A stretch of 63,556 nt of DNA from the NCBI GenBank assembly GCA_025356085.1, contig JANXUV010000218.1, forward strand, positions 1 to 63,556, read 5' to 3'. This stretch comes from Betaproteobacteria bacterium. Its GTDB lineage: Bacteria; Pseudomonadota; Gammaproteobacteria; Burkholderiales; SG8-39. This document shows positions 50,932-58,618 of this stretch, in pieces (position 1 is the first letter of the stretch; each line of letters begins with the position of its first letter). The position numbers were made by a program, and so were the translations under genes. Below the pieces are notes generated by a model. The model worked only from the letters and a program-made list of their open reading frames with translations. It made no database searches and had not been told where the DNA came from.

Positions 50932-51822
50932 ATGAACAGGACCATCGAGGATTTCATCGGCGACACGCCGCTGGTACGGCTGCAGCGCATGGATCCTGGA
51001 AAAAATAAAAACATGATCCTTGCCAAGCTGGAAGGCGACAACCCGGCCGGGTCGGTCAAGGATCGTCCGGCGATTTCGATGATCCGGCGAGCCGAGGAGC
51101 GCGGCACGATTAAAAAGGGCGACGTGCTGATCGAGCCCACCTCCGGCAACACCGGCATCGCGCTCGCCATGGCGGCGGCGGTGCGCGGCTACAAAATGCT
51201 GCTGATCATGCCGGAGCACCTGTCGATCGAGCGCCGGCAGACCATGCGCGCCTTCGGCGCCGAGATCGTCCTGACCCCGCAGCAGGGCGGCATGGAGGGG
51301 GCGCGCGACCTGGCCGAGAAGATGGTGAAGGAAGGCAAGGGCATCATGCTCGACCAGTTCGCCAACCCGGACAACCCGCGCGCGCACTACGAGACCACCG
51401 CGCCAGAGATCTGGCGCGATACCGGGGGAAAGATCACCCACTTCGTCTCCTCGATGGGCACCACCGGAACCATCATGGGCTGCTCGCGCTATTTCAAGGA
51501 GAAGAACCCGAAAATACAGATCATCGGCTGCCAGCCCGAAGAGGGTTCGCAGATCCCGGGCATCCGCAAATGGCCCGAGGCCTACCTGCCAAAGATCTTC
51601 GATAAGACTCGTGTGGACCGCGTGGAGAATGTCAGCCAGGCCGACGCCGAGGAAACGGCGCGCCGCCTGGCGCGGGAGGAGGGCATCTTTGCGGGCATTT
51701 CCTCCGGCGGCGCCGTTTCGGTCGCCCTGCGCGTCTCTAAAGAACTGAAGAACGCGGTCATCGTCACCATCATCTGCGACCGCGGCGACCGCTATCTGTC
51801 GACCGGCGTGTTTCCGGATTAA
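50932..51822 (+). CDS. cysM: Cysteine synthase B
   Basis: KLEGDNPAGSVKDR, PTSGNTG, IPGIRKWP, CDRGDRYLSTGVF. Confidence 0.95.
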   Translation: MNRTIEDFIGDTPLVRLQRMDPGKNKNMILAKLEGDNPAGSVKDRPAISMIRRAEERGTIKKGDVLIEPTSGNTGIALAMAAAVRGYKMLLIMPEHLSIERRQTMRAFGAEIVLTPQQGGMEGARDLAEKMVKEGKGIMLDQFANPDNPRAHYETTAPEIWRDTGGKITHFVSSMGTTGTIMGCSRYFKEKNPKIQIIGCQPEEGSQIPGIRKWPEAYLPKIFDKTRVDRVENVSQADAEETARRLAREEGIFAGISSGGAVSVALRVSKELKNAVIVTIICDRGDRYLSTGVFPD

Positions 51823-51826
51823 ATGA

Positions 51827-52597
51827 TTGAGCCCTGTTCTAGCATTTGATATTGAAACGATTCCCGACGTCGCGGGAATCCGGCGCCTGCACGGGCTGCC
51901 CGCCGACCTGCCGGATGCCGAGGTCGCGGAGATCGCCTTCCAGATCCGCCGCACCAGGACCGGCAGCGACTTCCTGCCGCCGCAGCTGCACAAGGTGGCG
52001 GTCATTTCCTGCGTGCTGCGCAGCGACGAGGGCGTCAAGGTATTCTCCCTGGAAGGGCAGGAAGCGGATGTCATCCGGCGCTTCTATGAAGGCATCGAAA
52101 AGTTCGTTCCGCAACTCGTTTCGTGGAACGGCGGCGGATTCGATCTGCCGGTCCTCAATTACCGCGCGCTGATTCATGGCATCCCGGCGACCATGTTCTG
52201 GGAGATGGGCGATGAGAACCGCGACTTCCGCTACAACAACTACGTCTCGCGCTACCACAGCCGGCACCTGGACCTGATGGACGTGCTTGCGATGTACCAG
52301 CCGCGCAACAATGCGCCGCTGGACGAGGTCGCCCAGCTTGCCGGCTTGCCGGGAAAGATCGGCATCGGCGGCGCGAAAGTCTGGGAGACCTATCTGGCGG
52401 GTGACGTCGCGAAGATTCGCGACTACTGCGAAGCCGATACGGCGAATACCTATCTCCTGTATCTGCGCTACCAGCTGCTGCGGGGGATTTATTCGAAAGA
52501 GCAGCACCAGAAGGAATGCCAGCTCCTGAAAATCTATCTGACGGGCCTCGACAAGCCTCATTGGCGCGAATTCCTCAAGCTCTGGAATGATTCTTGA
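51827..52597 (+). CDS. 3'-5' exonuclease (PolB exonuclease-like)
   Basis: FDIETIPD, SWNGGGFDLPVL, HLDLMD, YCEAD DEDDy motifs. Confidence 0.88.
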   Translation: MSPVLAFDIETIPDVAGIRRLHGLPADLPDAEVAEIAFQIRRTRTGSDFLPPQLHKVAVISCVLRSDEGVKVFSLEGQEADVIRRFYEGIEKFVPQLVSWNGGGFDLPVLNYRALIHGIPATMFWEMGDENRDFRYNNYVSRYHSRHLDLMDVLAMYQPRNNAPLDEVAQLAGLPGKIGIGGAKVWETYLAGDVAKIRDYCEADTANTYLLYLRYQLLRGIYSKEQHQKECQLLKIYLTGLDKPHWREFLKLWNDS

Positions 52598-53891
52598 AAT
52601 AGACGCGCTGGACGCCGAGGGCCGCGGCGTCGCGCGCAATGCAGGCAAGGTGGTGTTCGTCGAAGGCGCGATCGCCGGCGAACGTGTCGAGGCGCGCCTG
52701 CTTGAGTCCAAGCCGAAATTCGACCGCGCGCGCGTCACCGCGATCCTGAGGGCCTCCGCCTCGCGCCGCGATCCGGCCTGCGCCTATTTCGGCACTTGCG
52801 GCGGCTGCGCGACGCAGCACGTGGATGCGCGCACCCAGGTGGCCGCCAAGCAGCGCGGGCTGGAGGACAATCTGGTGCGTATCGGAAAACTCAGCGGCAA
52901 GGATGCGGTGGGCGCGATGCTGGCGCCGATCCACGGTGCGGAGTGGGGCTACCGGCACCGCGCCAGGCTGTCGGTGCGCTACGTCGAGGGCAAGGGCGGC
53001 GCGCTGGTGGGCTTCCGCGAGCGCAAATCCACCTACGTTGCCGACATGAGCAGCTGCGAGGTGCTGCCGCCGGCGACTTCGGCCCTGATTCCGGGATTGC
53101 GCTCCCTGATTTCTAAGCTCTCAATCCGCGACCGCGTGCCGCAGGTGGAAATCGCCGTTGGCGAAGCCAGCACCGTGCTGCTGTTCCGCCACCTGCTGCC
53201 GTTCACCGCCGAGGACCAGGCGCTGCTGCGCCAGTTTGCCGACGTCAACCGCATCCGGCTCTGGCTGCAGCCGGAAGGGCCCGACAGCGCGGCGCAGTTC
53301 CATCCACCCGGGGAGGGCGGCCTGTATTACGCCCTGCCTGAGTTCGGCTTGAAGATCGCTTTCCAGCCGGCGGATTTCACGCAGGTGAACCCAGCGGTCA
53401 ACCGGCTGCTGGTGTCCCGCGCGCTGCGCCTGCTGGATCCGCAGCCGGGCGAACGCATCGCCGACCTGTTCTGCGGCATTGGCAATTTCACGCTGCCGAT
53501 CGCCGCGCGCGGCGCGCAGGTGATCGGTTTCGAAGGCAGCGCGCCGCTGGTCGAGCGCGCGCGCCAGAATGCCGCGGCCAACGGCCTGGTCGCCCAGTTC
53601 GAGGTCACCGACCTGTTCAAGCCCAACCTCGAGCACTACGGCCGCTTCGACAAGTATCTGATCGATCCGCCGCGCGAAGGCGCCGCTTCTCTGGTGCACG
53701 CGCTGCCGGCGGAATGGCCCGGGCGCATCGTCTACGTCTCCTGCGACCCGGCGACGCTTGCGCGCGACGCCGACACGCTCGTGCACCACAAAGGTTTCAC
53801 GCTGGTCGCGGCCGGGGTGGTTAACATGTTCCCCCATACCGCGCACGTCGAATCCATCGCGCTGTTTGAACGCAACGGAGGAACCCCATGA
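52587..53891 (+). CDS. rlmD: 23S rRNA (uracil-1939-C5)-methyltransferase
   Basis: TRAM domain, CGGC Fe-S motif, DLFCGIGNF, DPPR, YVSCDPATLARD, MFPHTAHVE. Confidence 0.94.
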   Translation: MILEIDALDAEGRGVARNAGKVVFVEGAIAGERVEARLLESKPKFDRARVTAILRASASRRDPACAYFGTCGGCATQHVDARTQVAAKQRGLEDNLVRIGKLSGKDAVGAMLAPIHGAEWGYRHRARLSVRYVEGKGGALVGFRERKSTYVADMSSCEVLPPATSALIPGLRSLISKLSIRDRVPQVEIAVGEASTVLLFRHLLPFTAEDQALLRQFADVNRIRLWLQPEGPDSAAQFHPPGEGGLYYALPEFGLKIAFQPADFTQVNPAVNRLLVSRALRLLDPQPGERIADLFCGIGNFTLPIAARGAQVIGFEGSAPLVERARQNAAANGLVAQFEVTDLFKPNLEHYGRFDKYLIDPPREGAASLVHALPAEWPGRIVYVSCDPATLARDADTLVHHKGFTLVAAGVVNMFPHTAHVESIALFERNGGTP

Positions 53892-54280
53892 TCGTGACGC
53901 CGATCTACGCTGGAATTCTGGCAATCCTGTTCTTTGTGCTCAGCATGCGGGTAGTCGCACTGCGCGGCCACGGCGTGAGCCTCGGCGACGGAGGCAATCC
54001 AATCCTGCTGCGCCGCATACGTGCACACGGCAATTTCTCGGAGTACGTGCCTTTCATCCTGCTCATGATGGCCATGCTCGAGTTCAACAAGTTTTCGATC
54101 TACCTGCTGCACGCGATGGGCATCACGCTGGTGATCGCCCGGCTGCTGCACGGCTATGCGCTGTCCTTCACCGAGAAATTCAAGTTCGGCCGTTTCTGGG
54201 GCACGGCACTTACCTACTTGGTCATGATTGCCGCCGGCGTACTGTGCCTTTACCAGGGGCTGCGCGCTTCGGCTCTCTAG
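53888..54280 (+). CDS. MAPEG family membrane protein (YecN-like)
   Basis: SLGDGG...IRAHGNFSEYVP, ARLLH. Confidence 0.85.
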   Translation: MIVTPIYAGILAILFFVLSMRVVALRGHGVSLGDGGNPILLRRIRAHGNFSEYVPFILLMMAMLEFNKFSIYLLHAMGITLVIARLLHGYALSFTEKFKFGRFWGTALTYLVMIAAGVLCLYQGLRASAL

Positions 54281-54283
54281 AAA

Positions 54284-54307
54284 AAAAGGCGCCCGAAGGC
54301 GCCTTTT
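54284..54307. terminator. Bidirectional intrinsic terminator
   Basis: AAAAGGCGCC-CGAA-GGCGCCTTTT between convergent genes. Confidence 0.88.
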
Positions 54308-54326
54308 GGGGGTTGGCAGGCGCGGC

Positions 54327-55022
54327 CTAGTCTTTTTCGCCACCCAGCGCCATCAGCAGGTGCAGCAGGCTCGAGAAGATGTTGAGCAGGCTGAGGTAGA
54401 CGCCCGTCGTCGCCATCACGTAGTTGGTCTCGCCGCCGCGGATGATGCGGTTCAGGTCGTACAGCAGGTACAGCGAGAACACCACGATCACCAGCGATGA
54501 GATCGTCAGCGCGAGCGCCGGGATCTGCAGGAACATGTTGGCGATCATCGCCACCAACAGTGCGAGCATGCCGACGAAGAGGAATTTTCCCATCGGCGCG
54601 AGGTCGCGCTTGATCGTCGCGGCCAGCGTGCCCATGCCGAAGAAGATGATCCCAGTGCCCGCGGCTGCGTAACCGACCAACTGCATGCCGTTGCGCATCT
54701 GCAGCGCCACGTTGAGCATGGGGCCGAGGAACGCGCCCAGCAGGAAGGTCATCAGCAGCAGCAGTCCGATTCCGATGACGCTGTCGCGGTACCGGATGAT
54801 GGCGAACTGCAGGCCGATCACCGACGCCAGCATCACGATCATCGTCATGAACGGGCTGGCCATCATGACCGGCGCGAACTGGATGCCCAAGTATGCGCCG
54901 ATGACGGTCGGCACCATGGTGAGCGCCAATAGCATGTAGGTGTTGCGCAGGACTTTCTGCGACTCCGGCGCGGCGGCGATCGAGCCGTATCCGGTATTCA
55001 CTGGTTGCAGTTCTGGTTGCAT
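54327..55022 (-). CDS. Bax inhibitor-1/YccA family membrane protein
   Basis: KVLRNTYMLL, GGETNYVMAT, YL...NIF..LL, about 7 TM segments. Confidence 0.9.
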   Translation of the reverse strand: MQPELQPVNTGYGSIAAAPESQKVLRNTYMLLALTMVPTVIGAYLGIQFAPVMMASPFMTMIVMLASVIGLQFAIIRYRDSVIGIGLLLLMTFLLGAFLGPMLNVALQMRNGMQLVGYAAAGTGIIFFGMGTLAATIKRDLAPMGKFLFVGMLALLVAMIANMFLQIPALALTISSLVIVVFSLYLLYDLNRIIRGGETNYVMATTGVYLSLLNIFSSLLHLLMALGGEKD

Positions 55023-55133
55023 TTGATTCCTCCTGAATGGAAGCTTACATCAGACTGTCATACCCGCCCTAAGTTCCCTGAAAGCCCTTGTCCGGCAACA
55101 GGTTAAAATGGGGACGTTAAGGGATTATTTCAA

Positions 55134-55221
55134 GGAGAGTTGGCAGAGCGGTCGAATGCGGCGGTCTTGAAAACCGTTAGCCCGCAAGGGCTCGGGGGTT
55201 CGAATCCCTCACTCTCCGCCA
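55134..55221 (+). tRNA. tRNA-Ser (anticodon TGA)
   Basis: GGAGAGT/ACTCTCC acceptor stem, anticodon loop CT-TGA-AA, long variable arm, GGTTCGAATCC, encoded CCA. Confidence 0.97.
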
Positions 55222-55240
55222 ACCAGTCTACAGCGAAATC

Positions 55241-55269
55241 GCTCGTTCTCCGGACCTCGGAGAATGAGT
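55241..55269 (+). other. Hairpin directly downstream of the tRNA
   Basis: GCTCGTTCTCCG-GACCT-CGGAGAATGAGT. Confidence 0.55.
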
Positions 55270-55415
55270 CGAATTTTCAAACAGATGCTCGCTGAAATTT
55301 GCAGTTTTCCCTATGAAAGTGGGGCTCATCTCCGCATTTGCCGACTTTCCGTGCCAGAAATCTCCAGGGGCGCTTGTCGAAGTCCGACTTTGGGACGGAT
55401 TTACGACTCATACCG

Positions 55416-55844
55416 CTAGCCAGGTCCTCTGTTTACGGCGTAGGCGCCGATTGGCCCAATTGCAGCACCGATCAGCAATCCTGGAAAGCCCGCGAAGCGC
55501 GCGCCGATCAACCCACCGGAGAGGGCCCCAGTCCACGCATCGCCAGATTTGAGTTCCTTCATTGCCGCCGCGGACATCGGCGGGCGGGCTTGGCCGTTCG
55601 CTCTCCTGACGCTCGCGCTCGACCGCGCCTGCTTGGCGCGATTGCAGGCGGTGTGGGCAGCATAGAGGTTGTTAAGGTGATCGGTGCCGCCTTGAGACCT
55701 TGGCCGGGAATGATCGATTTCCCAGGCGCCACGCGCCCCATGGGCTCCGTAGTTCGAGAAAGCGAACGGCTTCCAGCACAGGTGGCAGAGGCCGTTCGAT
55801 CTCGCGAACACAGCACGCCGGGTTTCATCGTCGTAACCGTTCAT
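55416..55844 (-). CDS. HNH endonuclease with a C-terminal glycine-zipper hydrophobic tail
   Basis: CHLC, WEIDHSRPRSQGG, NLYAAHTACNRAK; tail GALSGGLIGARFAGFPGLLIGAAIG; GAGG RBS. Confidence 0.85.
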   Translation of the reverse strand: MNGYDDETRRAVFARSNGLCHLCWKPFAFSNYGAHGARGAWEIDHSRPRSQGGTDHLNNLYAAHTACNRAKQARSSASVRRANGQARPPMSAAAMKELKSGDAWTGALSGGLIGARFAGFPGLLIGAAIGPIGAYAVNRGPG

Positions 55845-55851
55845 GGGGACC

Positions 55852-55997
55852 TCAGGCTGCGACCTTGCAGTAATTACCCGAAGTCGAATCGCCCTTGTTG
55901 CGGTTGTTCTCCCACTGCAGCGGCTGTAGGTTGTTGAGATTATCGGAGCCGCCTTTGGAAGCCGGGTAGATGTGGTCGATCTCCCAGCCGTATTGAA
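55852..55997 (-). pseudogene. Second HNH endonuclease, 5'-truncated (absent from the ORF track)
   Basis: Manual translation QYGWEIDHIYPASKGGSDNLNNLQPLQWENNRNKGDSTSGNYCKVAA-stop. Confidence 0.78.
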
Positions 55998-56225
55998 TCG
56001 TCGCTAAAGACAAATTCCTTGGTAGTTGTGTCAGACCACACGCGCGGGATTTACCACGATCGCTGGGAAGGCGGAATTCTTCACTACACGGGGATGGGAC
56101 TGAAAGGTGACCAAGGCCTCACATCACAGAATCGGACACTCGCAGAATCGCTGTCGAATGGCATCCAGGCCCATCTGTTCGAAGTGCACATACCGGGGAA
56201 ATATGAATACAGACCCATCCAATAG
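55998..56225 (+). pseudogene. Fragment of the SRA/PUA-like domain of an McrA-type SRA-HNH restriction enzyme
   Basis: SLKTNSLVVVSDHTRGIYHDRWEGGILHYTGMGLKGDQ...QNRTLAES...HLFEV; no proper start and no HNH part. Confidence 0.6.
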
Positions 56226-56587
56226 TTTTGGTGGCAAGCCGGCTATCAAGATTGTTCCCGGATGCTGCCTCAGCGCATGCTCTCTTGCATTTCTAGGGGG
56301 TGTTTATCGGTAAGGGACATCGCGCGAATGTCGTAAAGAAGCGTTGAAGCATGTTTGATGCCGTCACTCTAGAGAGCCGAACGTTCTAGTGTAGTGCTTC
56401 CTAAAATCGAGTAGCCAGTTCTCTGCCACGGCGCGGCACTTTGTCCATACCGCGCAGCACTGAGAACCGACCGTGCTCCGAGCGCGGGTTGTTTGCTGCG
56501 CAACAATCAGTTGCGCTCCGCGGCATCACTTGGTGCGTCGAAGATGCGTAGACTGTTTTTCGACAGAGTCCAAGCTCAGGAGAGTGC

Positions 56588-57565
56588 ATGAATTCCGCGA
56601 TCCGTATCGGCTGTCTTGCGTTGCTGGCTCTCGCAATGGCGACAAGCGTTGTCTTCGCCCAGACCTATCCCAATCGCCCGATCAAAGTGGTTGTACCGTG
56701 GCCCGCCGGAGGAATCGCCGACGTGGTGGGACGCATCATCACCTCAAAACTCGCTGACCGAATCGGCCAGCCCCTCATCATCGACAATCGTACGGGCGCC
56801 AATGGAATTGTCGGCGCGACCGCCGCGAAGAACGCTCCCGCCGACGGCTACAACATCTTTCTCGTGACCTCGGAAGTGGTCTCGATCAATCCGGGGATCT
56901 ACGCGAAGTTGCCGTATGACGTCGACGCCGACTTCGTGCCGATCATGCCGGTCGTCAAGTATTTCTACACGCTGACGGGCCGTAACGGCCTCAATGCCGA
57001 CACGACGAACGAAGTCATGGTGATGGTGAAAGCGAAGCCGAACGTCTTTACCTATGGTTCCTGGGGCATCGGCAGTGTGGGCCATCTCGGCATGGAGATG
57101 CTCGCCCAGGCCGAAGGATTGCAGATGCTGCATGTTCCTTACACGGGCGGCCCTGCCGCATACAACGCCCTGGTGGCGGGGCAGGTGGACTTCGTGTTGA
57201 TGCCCGCCGGGATCGCGGAACCATGGCGCAAGAGCGGCCGGCTTAAGGCGCTCGCCGTTCCCAACGAAAATAGGCTCGCGCTCATGGACTCGGTGCCAAC
57301 GCTCAAGGAACAGGGCTACAACCTCGAGATCATCAACCACGTGGGATTCATCGCGCCCGCGAAGACGCCGCCCCATGCGATCCGCAGGCTGCACTCCGAG
57401 ATCTCCGCGGTCATGCTGATGCCTGAAGTGCAGGTCGCCCTGCGGGCGCAGGCAGCGGAGCCGTTTGTAACATCCTCCGAGGAATACGGACGCTTTCTGC
57501 GCAGCGAGCAGTCGCGTTGGAGCGCCGTCGCCCGCAAGGCTAACGTGAAGCTCGAAGTTCAGTAG
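56588..57565 (+). CDS. Tripartite tricarboxylate transporter substrate-binding protein (Bug/TctC)
   Basis: AQTYPNRPIKVVVPWPAGG, APADGY, HVPYTGG; AGGAG RBS. Confidence 0.9.
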   Translation: MNSAIRIGCLALLALAMATSVVFAQTYPNRPIKVVVPWPAGGIADVVGRIITSKLADRIGQPLIIDNRTGANGIVGATAAKNAPADGYNIFLVTSEVVSINPGIYAKLPYDVDADFVPIMPVVKYFYTLTGRNGLNADTTNEVMVMVKAKPNVFTYGSWGIGSVGHLGMEMLAQAEGLQMLHVPYTGGPAAYNALVAGQVDFVLMPAGIAEPWRKSGRLKALAVPNENRLALMDSVPTLKEQGYNLEIINHVGFIAPAKTPPHAIRRLHSEISAVMLMPEVQVALRAQAAEPFVTSSEEYGRFLRSEQSRWSAVARKANVKLEVQ

Positions 57566-57569
57566 CGCT

Positions 57570-58514
57570 TCACTTCTTTCCTTCCCGGGGAGAGGCCGGA
57601 CGCGGCGGTAATGGCAGGGTGAGGGCGGCGTCGCGCCCGAATTTCTCGTCGAGGAAATCGATGAATACGCGCACCTTGGCGGGCAGTTGCTGGCGGCCCG
57701 CCTCGATTGCCCACAGTTCGAGTCCGGTCACGTCGTAGCCGGGAAGCAGCCGCACCAACCGTCCCGAGCGGAGATCGTCGTGCACCAGGAACACCGGGCC
57801 GCGCGCGATACCCAATCCCTGAAGCGCCGCATGGCGCAGGGTCAACGCGTCGTTGGAGCGAAGGCTTCCCTCGACCTTCACGCGGACCGTCTCGCCTTTC
57901 CTGCGGAACTCCCACGCGATTTCTTCGGTATGGAGCGCGTAAAGCAGGCAATTGTGATCCCTGAGCTCGGCGGGCCGCGTGGGCTCGCCGTGCTTGCGCA
58001 AATAGGCCTCGGACGCGTAGATGGCGCGATGGATGGGAGCGATACGGCGCCCCTGCAGGCTCTTGATGCGCGGGGCGTCGAACTGCAACGCGAGGTCGAA
58101 GCCCTCTTCGACGAGGTCGATCATGCGCTCGGTGAGACTCGCCTGGACGCGCAGCTTTGGGTAGCGGACGAGGAATTCTGGCAGGATCGGCGCGATGCGC
58201 CATATCCAGAACAACATCACGGAGGCCACGCGCAGCGTCCCCTGGGGCGTAACGGCACCCGCCTGCGCGATCTGCTGCACCTCGTCGAGTTCTCCCACGA
58301 TGCGCGAATAGCGCTCGAAGCAGTTCTGCCCCATCTCCGTGAGGCCCAGGTTGCGAGTCGTGCGATTCAGCAGCCGCGCACCTACCGTCTGTTCGAGGAA
58401 CGCAACTTGGCGCGACACTGCCGCGGTGGACATGTCGAGGCGCCGCGCGGCCTGCGCGAAGCTCCCAGATTCGACGACTTGGAGGAACGTCTTGACGCTG
58501 TGCAGCAGGTCCAT
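57570..58514 (-). CDS. LysR family transcriptional regulator (CrgA/DmlR-like)
   Basis: GSFAQAARRL...VSRQV..LE...GARLLNRTTR HTH; DLVEEGFDLA. Confidence 0.94.
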   Translation of the reverse strand: MDLLHSVKTFLQVVESGSFAQAARRLDMSTAAVSRQVAFLEQTVGARLLNRTTRNLGLTEMGQNCFERYSRIVGELDEVQQIAQAGAVTPQGTLRVASVMLFWIWRIAPILPEFLVRYPKLRVQASLTERMIDLVEEGFDLALQFDAPRIKSLQGRRIAPIHRAIYASEAYLRKHGEPTRPAELRDHNCLLYALHTEEIAWEFRRKGETVRVKVEGSLRSNDALTLRHAALQGLGIARGPVFLVHDDLRSGRLVRLLPGYDVTGLELWAIEAGRQQLPAKVRVFIDFLDEKFGRDAALTLPLPPRPASPREGKK

Positions 58515-58521
58515 TTCACCC

Positions 58522-58587
58522 TTACGTAGGGCGCAACATTAAGTTCCATTCTAAGCGGTTTATTGACTGGCGCGCGGGGCCTAGACT
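58522..58587 (+). promoter_or_regulatory. Putative LysR box (TTAC-N7-GCAA, T-N11-A) and weak promoter TTTATT-N17-TAGACT
   Basis: Divergent LysR/dehydrogenase intergenic; motifs read directly. Confidence 0.35.
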
Positions 58588-58618
58588 GGGCTGTTCGCAA
58601 CCCTCCGGACCGACTTCG

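Noticed and set aside
55222-56587. Integron cassette array or CRISPR array near the tRNA
   Set aside because: No attC-like paired sites, regularly spaced direct repeats, integrase or cas genes were found by eye
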